The position numbers were made by a program, and so were the translations under genes. A stretch of DNA of 62,522 nt. It comes from a virus. Taxonomy: Duplodnaviria > Caudoviricetes. A model generated the notes under the pieces. The model saw only the letters and a program-made list of their open reading frames with translations. It had not been told where the DNA came from and did no database searches. The stretch covers positions 1 through 62,522 of IMG/VR virus record IMGVR_UViG_3300032236_001596, one strand, 5' to 3'. Of the stretch, positions 29,620 through 37,422 are shown in pieces (the stretch's first letter is position 1; every line of letters begins with the position of its first letter).

Positions 29620-30395
29620 TTAAACTGCTTGACATATTATTGGAAGATGAAAATATTCTTATCCCTAGACGTTCTAAAGAAGAACGCTCTAAGAACCATA
29701 TTGTAGTTATCCAAAAGAAAATTCAACAATACATTAAAGATGGAAGCAAAGGTAATTTAGATTTATCTAACACACCGATACAATCCTTACCAGATAATTT
29801 AAAGGTTGGAGGTGGTTTGAATTTAAGAAATACACAAATAAAATCATTACCGGATAATTTAACTGTTGGAGGTAATTTATATTTAAGTAACACACAAATA
29901 CAATCATTACCAGATAATTTAACTGTTGTTGGAGGTAGTTTAGATTTATCTAATACACCAATAAAATCACTTCCAAACAATTTAACTGTTGTTGGAGGTA
30001 GTTTAGATTTATCTAATACACCAATACAATCTTTACCTAATAATTTAACTGTTGAAGATGGTTTGCATTTAAGCGGCACACCAATACAATCATTACCAAA
30101 TGATCTAAAAGTTGGAGGTAGTTTATATTTAAGTAACACACAAATACAATCATTACCAGATAATTTAACTGTTAGAGGTAATTTGGATTTATCTAATACA
30201 CCAATACAATCATTACCAGATGATTTAACTGTTGAAGGTGCTTTATGGTTAAACAATACACAAATACAATCATTACCAGATAATTTAACTGTTGGACGTA
30301 GCTTGAATTTAAGAAATACACCAATATCTAAAAAATATACTAAAGAAGAAATTAAAAAAATGGTACCTGGTGTTAAGGGTGATATTTATATTTAA
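29616..30395 (+). CDS. leucine-rich-repeat protein with MIKLLDILLE tag
   Basis: Nine full and one partial repeat of GxLxLSNTPIQSLPDNLTV. Confidence 0.85.
   Translation: MIKLLDILLEDENILIPRRSKEERSKNHIVVIQKKIQQYIKDGSKGNLDLSNTPIQSLPDNLKVGGGLNLRNTQIKSLPDNLTVGGNLYLSNTQIQSLPDNLTVVGGSLDLSNTPIKSLPNNLTVVGGSLDLSNTPIQSLPNNLTVEDGLHLSGTPIQSLPNDLKVGGSLYLSNTQIQSLPDNLTVRGNLDLSNTPIQSLPDDLTVEGALWLNNTQIQSLPDNLTVGRSLNLRNTPISKKYTKEEIKKMVPGVKGDIYI
29751..30326 (+). repeat. tandem 60/63-bp coding repeats (LRR units)
   Basis: Recurrent ATACAATCATTACCAGATAATTTAACTGTTG-like units, in frame. Confidence 0.9.
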
Positions 30396-30427
30396 ACATA
30401 TCTTTTAACATATTTATATATAAAAAC

Positions 30428-30793
30428 ATGGAAAACTTTATCAAATTAGTATCATATTTATTTCATTCAAGAACTCAAGCTCATGTGTTTCACTTACAAA
30501 CACCTTCGTTTGCAGAACATAAAGCTTTAAATGAATATTATGATGAAATAATAGAACTAGTAGATGGTCTTATAGAAAGCTACCAAGGAAAATATGGTAT
30601 AGTAAAAGGATATTCTAACTTTGCTTTAATGGAGTATACCGATAAACAACAAGTAATCACATATTTTGATGCTTTATACAAAACTATTGATTCCTTACGC
30701 GAAGAATTACCAGATTCATACATTCAAAACCAAATAGATACTATAACTCAACTAGTACAATCAACATTATATAAACTTAAAAACTTAAATTAA
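30428..30793 (+). CDS. ferritin/Dps-like four-helix protein (DUF5856-like)
   Basis: HVFHLQT.SFAEHKALNEYY...DGLIESYQGKYG. Confidence 0.7.
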   Translation: MENFIKLVSYLFHSRTQAHVFHLQTPSFAEHKALNEYYDEIIELVDGLIESYQGKYGIVKGYSNFALMEYTDKQQVITYFDALYKTIDSLREELPDSYIQNQIDTITQLVQSTLYKLKNLN

Positions 30794-30803
30794 TTATAAG
30801 AAT

Positions 30804-31154
30804 ATGATTAAGCTAGTAGACGTACTATTAAAAGAAGAAAGTTCTAACTATAAAATTGAAGGTATATTAATATCTGACCTTACCCGCAGAAATCAAGCCG
30901 ACATTTTATCAGACATTCGTTCTCTTAAAGGAGTAACCATTGTAAGAGCCAAAGAGTACGACCCAGAAGAACAAAAATATGAAAATAAACATTATTATTC
31001 ATATCTTACTATAAAAGTGGACCCACATCCATTTATAGGTACTGGTGGATTTGGTCAAGATCAAGTTAATGAGCTTATAGCTAATGTGAAAAAAATAAAA
31101 GGTGTTAAAACCTTTAAACAAACTGGTAATGTTCAAAGAATAAAAACCACATAA
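30804..31154 (+). CDS. hypothetical protein with MIKLVDVLLKEE tag
   Basis: Carries the tag; DIRSLKGVTIV. Confidence 0.65.
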   Translation: MIKLVDVLLKEESSNYKIEGILISDLTRRNQADILSDIRSLKGVTIVRAKEYDPEEQKYENKHYYSYLTIKVDPHPFIGTGGFGQDQVNELIANVKKIKGVKTFKQTGNVQRIKTT

Positions 31155-31435
31155 TGAAACCATATAATGATATAGAAACAGCAAACAACTATATTGTTAG
31201 AGAGTTTGATGAGAATATAGATCCTATTGAACTAATGTGGCATAGAGATTTAAATGAAAGAACAATTACTATTTTAGAAGGTGAAGGATGGAAATTTCAA
31301 TTAGACAATCAACTTCCTATCTCACTGAACAAAAATGACACTATATTTATACCTGCATTAACATATCATAGAGTAATAAAAGGTAACACAAAACTAAAAC
31401 TAAAAATAAATGAAAGATTTAAAAGCGATAATTAA
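31154..31435 (+). CDS. cupin-fold protein
   Basis: WHRD...EGEGW...IPALTYHRVIKG. Confidence 0.65.
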   Translation: MKPYNDIETANNYIVREFDENIDPIELMWHRDLNERTITILEGEGWKFQLDNQLPISLNKNDTIFIPALTYHRVIKGNTKLKLKINERFKSDN

Positions 31436-31796
31436 AAAGATGATTGTAGAAACATTAGAAGAAGCACCAACAGATCATCATAAACTTGAAAAAGATGAAA
31501 TAGGTAAATTTTATGTTGTAACAAAACCATCTAAACCTAAAGAAAGTATAATCCATGAATTAAATCTCATGGAATTTGCTAAAAAAATCAAATCAGGAGA
31601 ATTAGATGAAAGTAAAATGGTTTGTGTATATGAAAAATCAGGATCAGCTAAAACTAAGTCTAAAGAACTTATGGATGAAATTGAAAGCGAACTTGAGGAA
31701 CTTAAAACACACATGGATGAATATCGTTCTAAAAAAGCTGAAATAGAAGAAAAGAAACAAAAAGCTAAAGAAATTATTAAAAAGTATAAAAAATAA
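31410..31796 (+). CDS. hypothetical protein with MKDLKAIIKKMIVETLEE tag
   Basis: Carries the tag; C-terminal coiled coil. Confidence 0.6.
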   Translation: MKDLKAIIKKMIVETLEEAPTDHHKLEKDEIGKFYVVTKPSKPKESIIHELNLMEFAKKIKSGELDESKMVCVYEKSGSAKTKSKELMDEIESELEELKTHMDEYRSKKAEIEEKKQKAKEIIKKYKK

Positions 31797-31859
31797 ATAA
31801 AAACATATAGATAGATTCATAGCCTATCGAAAAATAAACCCCTAAAGCCTTGCAGCTGT

Positions 31860-31897
31860 GGCGCAATTCCTTAAAAAAGGATTGCGCCTCTTTTTTT
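31860..31897 (+). terminator. intrinsic terminator
   Basis: GGCGCAAT(T)CCTT-aaaa-AAGGATTGCGCC followed by a T7 tract. Confidence 0.75.
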
Positions 31898-31904
31898 AAA
31901 TATA

Positions 31905-31934
31905 TTTGGCTTTAAAAAAAATTTTTAGTATATA
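31905..31934 (+). promoter_or_regulatory. sigma70-type early promoter (TTGGCT-N17-TATATA)
   Basis: Same motif class. Confidence 0.55.
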
Positions 31935-31957
31935 TAAATGTTTAATAAAATATAAAA

Positions 31958-33271
31958 ATGAAAGAAGAAAAAATTGTAATAGTTGGAAGCGGTGTTGCTG
32001 GAATAAATGCTGCTACTAAATTAGTTGATAATGGTTATCCTGGTCATTTAATAACAATAATAGACAAAGGTAAAGATCCTTATAATCGTAAACCTGAAGA
32101 AGTAATGGAAGGTTTTGCAGGTGCTGGAGGTTTTTCTGATGGTAAATTAACATTTCATACCTCTATAGGTGGTCAATTATCAAAATATTGTGGTGAAGAT
32201 AAAGCCTATGACTTAATGGATCAAACTATAGAAATATGGAAACGATTCCATCCAGACCCATCTAAAATGATGTATTCAGACCCTCAATCGGAACCGGATT
32301 TTATTAAACCTTATTTTGATCTTAAACTATTCCCAGTATATCATATAGGTACAGATTACTTACATGAAATAGGAAAAACATGGTATCAATATTTGGTTAA
32401 TGCTGGTGTTAAATTTTTATGGAGTGTAGAGGTAACCTCTATAGATTTTAAAAATAATACTGTAAGCGGAAAATCAGTATATAGTGGATTTTCTTATGAT
32501 AGATCATATGATAAACTTATATTTGCTGTAGGAAAATCAGGCATAGACTTTGCACAGCAATTATCAAACCAGTATAATCTACCTACAGAACCAAAATCAG
32601 TTCAAATTGGAGTACGTTTTGAAGCTCCCCAAAAATATTTTCAAAAATTGATAGAAATATCATATGATTTTAAACTGTACCAAAAATATGATAACGTATC
32701 TGTACGTTCATTTTGTACAAACAATAATGCAGCTTATGTAGCTCCTGAAATTACATATGGAGATGTTACTTATAATGGTCATGCTAAGAAAGGTGAAGAA
32801 CATCGCAATGATATGACTAATTTTGGTATATTAATGGAAATTAAAGGTATTGAAAATCCATTTGAATGGAGTAGAAATGTTATAAAAAAATGTCAAGTAA
32901 ACGGAAAAGGATTATATTATTCTCCATCTAGAAAACCATCTTTAACATCAGAAGGAACTGAGATGCCATGCCATCAAATAGACTCACTAAAAATATTTGA
33001 AGAAATATACGAAGACTATTCTCCCTATATCCTCAATTTTATAGGAGATATGCAAACCATATTCCCAGACATAAAAGATGATTGGGGAATGTATATAGGT
33101 GAAGTAAAATATTTATCTCCTGAACCTTTAGTAAATTATAACAATTTAAGTCTTACAGAATATCCAAATGTTTATTTTGCTGGAGATGCTTTATCTGCTA
33201 GAGGCATCACAGTAGCGGGTAGTCAAGGATTATATATAGCTGAGAGTATTATTAAAGAAGTTAATACTTAA
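31958..33271 (+). CDS. FAD-dependent oxidoreductase (uncharacterised flavoprotein family)
   Basis: IVIVGSGVAG Rossmann motif; GFAGAGGFSDGKL; IGVRFE; RSFCTN; YFAGD. Confidence 0.85.
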   Translation: MKEEKIVIVGSGVAGINAATKLVDNGYPGHLITIIDKGKDPYNRKPEEVMEGFAGAGGFSDGKLTFHTSIGGQLSKYCGEDKAYDLMDQTIEIWKRFHPDPSKMMYSDPQSEPDFIKPYFDLKLFPVYHIGTDYLHEIGKTWYQYLVNAGVKFLWSVEVTSIDFKNNTVSGKSVYSGFSYDRSYDKLIFAVGKSGIDFAQQLSNQYNLPTEPKSVQIGVRFEAPQKYFQKLIEISYDFKLYQKYDNVSVRSFCTNNNAAYVAPEITYGDVTYNGHAKKGEEHRNDMTNFGILMEIKGIENPFEWSRNVIKKCQVNGKGLYYSPSRKPSLTSEGTEMPCHQIDSLKIFEEIYEDYSPYILNFIGDMQTIFPDIKDDWGMYIGEVKYLSPEPLVNYNNLSLTEYPNVYFAGDALSARGITVAGSQGLYIAESIIKEVNT

Positions 33272-33306
33272 TAATAAGTATATAATATTTATACTAAAGC
33301 ATAATT

Positions 33307-33528
33307 ATGATCAAACTAACAAGCATACTATTAGAAGATATAGAAGTAAAAAATCCTGATTATTTTCTAGAACTATTGAAAATAAATAAATTTCCTGAAT
33401 CTACAAACAATATTATAAAAAATATAGTGAAAAGTGTTAAAGCTAGAGGAAATAAAGCTACTGCTAAAGAATATGATATGTTGCAAAGATTAAAATCTGG
33501 AAATTTTAAATTTTCATCTAAAAATTAA
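33307..33528 (+). CDS. small protein with MIKLTSILLED tag
   Basis: Carries the tag; ATATTTAT upstream. Confidence 0.6.
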   Translation: MIKLTSILLEDIEVKNPDYFLELLKINKFPESTNNIIKNIVKSVKARGNKATAKEYDMLQRLKSGNFKFSSKN

Positions 33529-33533
33529 TTTTA

Positions 33534-33563
33534 TTTGGTTTTTTAAGAAAAAATTATTATATT
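33534..33563 (+). promoter_or_regulatory. sigma70-type early promoter (TTGGTT-N17-TATATT)
   Basis: Same motif class. Confidence 0.6.
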
Positions 33564-33579
33564 TCAAAATAAAAAAGTT

Positions 33580-33849
33580 ATGGAAGAAAAATTTTACGAA
33601 ACTAAGACGATAAGAAAAGATGGAGCTCTTCATCATCTTTACAAAACCGAAAAAGACTCTGGTTGGAAATACCATAATTTTGAAGGTCCTGCAATAGAGC
33701 CAATAGATAAAAATTCTAAATTTAAAAAAGAATATTATCTCTATGGTATAAAATATTCTATGGCTAGCTTTTATGAAATGGTTAAAGATAGAGATGGAGT
33801 TCCTTTCCATAAAACCGCCTTATTTAAACAAGCTAATAATAGAGCATAA
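33580..33849 (+). CDS. hypothetical protein (H..EGPAIE..YYLYG motif)
   Basis: Paralog of the next gene. Confidence 0.65.
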   Translation: MEEKFYETKTIRKDGALHHLYKTEKDSGWKYHNFEGPAIEPIDKNSKFKKEYYLYGIKYSMASFYEMVKDRDGVPFHKTALFKQANNRA

Positions 33850-34106
33850 TGGCTAAGAAAAAATTATTTGAACAAAAGGTTATAAAAGTTCAAGGAGCAA
33901 AGCACCACCTAATAAAACTAACAACAGAAAATACATGGAAACTTCACAGATATGGAGGTCCAGCAGTAGAACCTGTAGATAAGAGTTGTAAATTAAAGAA
34001 AGCTTATTATCTTTATGGAATAGAATATACTTTTGAAAAGTATGAAGAAGCTCTTAAATGTGAAGATGAGAGAGAAAAAGAATTAAATGAACAAATTGAA
34101 GAATAA
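33849..34106 (+). CDS. hypothetical protein (LHRYGGPAVE..YYLYG motif)
   Basis: Paralog of the previous gene. Confidence 0.65.
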   Translation: MAKKKLFEQKVIKVQGAKHHLIKLTTENTWKLHRYGGPAVEPVDKSCKLKKAYYLYGIEYTFEKYEEALKCEDEREKELNEQIEE

Positions 34107-34120
34107 AATAAAATAAATAT

Positions 34121-34648
34121 ATGGCTCGTATAGGACTTTGTGGAACTGTTTCTTGTGGTAAAACTACATTAGTTAATGCGCTTAAAGATTTACCTCAATT
34201 TGAAGGATATAAACATTCAACTGAGCGTAGTAAATATTTACGTGATTTAGGTATTCCATTAAATACTGATTCTACTGTATTAGGACAATTTATGTTTTTA
34301 GCAGAAAGAACAAGTGAATTATTTAATGAAAATTTAATTACAGATAGAACTATATGGGATGTATGTGCATTCACTTTGAGTGCTAAGTCTATAGATTGGC
34401 CTGATAAGGAAAAAATAATTGTGTCATCAACATTATTGATGCCTTTTTATGATATTGTTTTTTATGTGTCTCCTGAAGGGGTTCCTATTGAAGATAATGG
34501 TGTAAGAACTATAGATGCTGATTATAGGGATAAAATAGATATGGTTATTAGAGAATTACTTAAAGAATATCCACCTAAAAAATTGGTAACTATTAGTGGA
34601 AGTGTTGAGGATAGAATTAAACAAATTACAGAAGCAATATCTTTATAA
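34121..34648 (+). CDS. P-loop NTPase/kinase (NadR/Ttd14 AAA_28-like)
   Basis: GTVSCGKTT, ITDRT, YDIVFY and EDNGVR motifs. Confidence 0.8.
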   Translation: MARIGLCGTVSCGKTTLVNALKDLPQFEGYKHSTERSKYLRDLGIPLNTDSTVLGQFMFLAERTSELFNENLITDRTIWDVCAFTLSAKSIDWPDKEKIIVSSTLLMPFYDIVFYVSPEGVPIEDNGVRTIDADYRDKIDMVIRELLKEYPPKKLVTISGSVEDRIKQITEAISL

Positions 34649-34671
34649 TATTTATATCCAAAATAACACAA

Positions 34672-35034
34672 GTGAAATCATCTGAATTAAAAAAGAAAAT
34701 TAAAGAAGGGATATTATCTGCATTATCTGAAGAAACATATGCTGGAGTAAATGCTGTAAATTCTTTAAAAAAAGATACTAAATTTAATTCATTAAGTAGC
34801 AACTCCAAAACTACAGCTATTAAGCAACTTCAGTCTGGAGACACAGTTACTCTTGAACAAGAAGAAGATGCTAACAGCAATCCTGTTGTTAAAAGAAAAA
34901 TTGACGACACAGATAAGGAAATTAAAATGCTTACTAATAAGTTGAAAAAAGCTAAAGAATTTGAAAAAGAAAAAATATCTAGTCGTATAAATAAACTTAA
35001 CAAAATAAAAAAAGAACTTGAACATCTCCTTTGA
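34672..35034 (+). CDS. hypothetical protein with SELKKKIKEGILSALSEE tag (GTG start)
   Basis: Carries the tag; ATATTTAT upstream. Confidence 0.6.
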   Translation: MKSSELKKKIKEGILSALSEETYAGVNAVNSLKKDTKFNSLSSNSKTTAIKQLQSGDTVTLEQEEDANSNPVVKRKIDDTDKEIKMLTNKLKKAKEFEKEKISSRINKLNKIKKELEHLL

Positions 35035-35635
35035 AAATATTAAAAGTTTAACAATAGTAGTTCTTATAATTGTTATAGTACTACTACGTGAATGTGGTGA
35101 TGGATGTAACAAACATCAACCACTGCCAGGAACAAATACTGTTATTTCTACTAAAGTTGTTACTAAATATGATACTATAAAAAGCACATCAATAAGTTAT
35201 GTTCCTAAAGTAATAAGTAAAACAGCATTTAAAGTTGATACTTTTATATTAGACAAAACTTTAAAAATAGACACAGCAGCTATATTAACTGATTATTATT
35301 CTAAATATTACTATTCTGATAAAATAAAGATAGATAGTTTTGGAGATATTACTATAAATGATAGTGTAAGTAAAAATGCTATATTTTGTCGTGAAGTTAA
35401 GAAAAATATTATAATTCCAACAACTACTATAACTAAAGAAGTTCTTGTTAATAAACGTGAATTTTACGTTGGTCTTGGAGCTTCAACTGAATTAAAACCT
35501 TTTAATTTAAACTATATTGGTGCTGAAGCGTTATATAAAACCAAAAAACAACAAATGTATGGTTTAGGATTTGGCATAAATCAAAACCTCAAATTCGTCC
35601 TATCAGCCAGAATATACTGGAAAATCAGCAAATAA
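35018..35635 (+). CDS. membrane-anchored protein (possibly spanin-like; TTG start)
   Basis: N-terminal TM segment; DT-rich periplasmic segment; C-terminal beta strands ending YWKISK. Confidence 0.5.
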   Translation: MNISFENIKSLTIVVLIIVIVLLRECGDGCNKHQPLPGTNTVISTKVVTKYDTIKSTSISYVPKVISKTAFKVDTFILDKTLKIDTAAILTDYYSKYYYSDKIKIDSFGDITINDSVSKNAIFCREVKKNIIIPTTTITKEVLVNKREFYVGLGASTELKPFNLNYIGAEALYKTKKQQMYGLGFGINQNLKFVLSARIYWKISK

Positions 35636-37206
35636 TGGACCAAAATGTAAAACAAATAATAAGAGATGAATACATAAAGTGTGCTCAATCTCCTTCATAT
35701 TTTCTTAAGAAGTATGGATATATTCAAAATCCAATGCGTGGAAGAATATTGTTCCATTTATATCCGTTCCAAGAAAAAGTATTAGATCTATGGAAAGATC
35801 ATCCTTATTCTATAGTATTAAAATCTAGACAGTTAGGTATATCTACTCTAGCTGCTGGTTATGCTCTTTGGTTGATGCTATTTCATAAAGATAAAAACGT
35901 ATTATGTATAGCAACAAAACAAGATACAGCTAAAAACATGGTAACTAAGGTTAAGTTTATGTACGATAACTTACCTTCATGGCTTAGAATTAAAGATGAA
36001 GAATACAATAAACTAACATTAAGATTAATTAATGGATCTCAAATAAAAGCAGTATCAGCTGCTACTGATGCTGGTAGATCTGAAGCCGTGTCTCTTCTAT
36101 TAATAGATGAGGCTGCATTCATTGAAGGTATTGGTGAAATATGGGCTTCAGCTCAACAAACCCTAGCTACAGGGGGAAATGCAATTGTTCTTAGTTCTCC
36201 TTATGGAACAGGTAACTGGTTTCATCAAACATGGGTAAAAGCAGAAAATCAAGAAAACGACTTCCTTCCTATTAAATTACCTTGGTTTGTACATCCTGAA
36301 AGAGATGAAGCCTGGAGAAAAAAGCAAGATGAATTATTAGGTGATCCTAGAATGGCTGCTCAAGAGTGTGATGCTAATTTTGAAACATCAGGAGATACTG
36401 TATTCCATCCTGAATGGATTGATTTTTTAGAAAAAACATCTGTTAAAGAACCAATGGAACGTAGAGGAGTAGATCAAAATCTATGGGTATGGGAATCTGC
36501 AGATTATTCTAGAGAATATATGGTTGTAGCCGATGTTGCTAGAGGAGATGGTAAAGATTTTTCCGCATGTCATGTTATAGATATTCAAAGCAATACTCAA
36601 GTAGCTGAATATAAAGGACAATTACCTCCAAAAGAATTTGGTTACTTTCTAGTAGCTATTGCTACAGAATATAATAATGCATTACTAGTAGTAGAAAACG
36701 CTGTTATTGGTTGGTCTACACTAGATTCTATAATAGAAAGAGGATATAGAAACATATATCAATCACCTAAATCAGGAGGAGATAGTTTAACTGCAGAATC
36801 ATATTTAAGAAAATTTGAAAGTAGCTCTGAACTAACCCCAGGATTTACTATGTCTTTAAGAACTCGTCCTTTAGTAATAAACAAACTCAGAGAATTTATA
36901 AACGATAAAAGCGTAACTATCCAATCAAAACGCTTAATAGAAGAAATGAAAGTATTCATTTGGAAAAATGGAAGACCAGAAGCACAAACAGGATATAATG
37001 ATGATTTAATTATGAGTTTTGCTACTGGTATGTATTTACGAGACACATCTTTAAGGTTTCAACAACAATCTTTAGATATGGTAAGAGCAGCTTTAGGAAG
37101 TATAAAATCCAATAACTACTCAGGAGCATACAGCGGATTTAGTAATGATAATCCTTATAAAATGGAAATAAATGGAAAACAAACTGATATAACTTGGCTA
37201 TTATGA
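35635..37206 (+). CDS. terL: terminase large subunit
   Basis: LYPFQ, KSRQLGIST (Walker A), LLIDEAAF (Walker B), ADVARGDG and DDLIMS motifs. Confidence 0.95.
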   Translation: MDQNVKQIIRDEYIKCAQSPSYFLKKYGYIQNPMRGRILFHLYPFQEKVLDLWKDHPYSIVLKSRQLGISTLAAGYALWLMLFHKDKNVLCIATKQDTAKNMVTKVKFMYDNLPSWLRIKDEEYNKLTLRLINGSQIKAVSAATDAGRSEAVSLLLIDEAAFIEGIGEIWASAQQTLATGGNAIVLSSPYGTGNWFHQTWVKAENQENDFLPIKLPWFVHPERDEAWRKKQDELLGDPRMAAQECDANFETSGDTVFHPEWIDFLEKTSVKEPMERRGVDQNLWVWESADYSREYMVVADVARGDGKDFSACHVIDIQSNTQVAEYKGQLPPKEFGYFLVAIATEYNNALLVVENAVIGWSTLDSIIERGYRNIYQSPKSGGDSLTAESYLRKFESSSELTPGFTMSLRTRPLVINKLREFINDKSVTIQSKRLIEEMKVFIWKNGRPEAQTGYNDDLIMSFATGMYLRDTSLRFQQQSLDMVRAALGSIKSNNYSGAYSGFSNDNPYKMEINGKQTDITWLL

Positions 37207-37409
37207 TGAAAAAAATTATGATATTTGGATTATTTTTATTATGTTCTTCATGTAAAAAAGAAGGTACTTACATAAAACCTTTTGTAATTACTTATAAAGG
37301 AGATTGTTATGAAAATAAATGTATATATGAACTCCAAGATAAAAATAATGAAATATTTATATTTTCTGATTCTATAGGTAAATATAATATTGGGGATATA
37401 ATAAAATAA
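37203..37409 (+). CDS. small lipoprotein
   Basis: MMKKIMIFGLFLLCSS-C-KKE signal peptide II. Confidence 0.6.
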   Translation: MMKKIMIFGLFLLCSSCKKEGTYIKPFVITYKGDCYENKCIYELQDKNNEIFIFSDSIGKYNIGDIIK

Positions 37410-37422
37410 AAAATAAATAAAA

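Noticed and set aside
29751-30326. Regular ~60-bp repeats as a CRISPR array or DGR template/variable repeat
   Set aside because: They are in-frame LRR coding units without unique spacers; there is no reverse transcriptase and no adenine-specific TR/VR pair in the window
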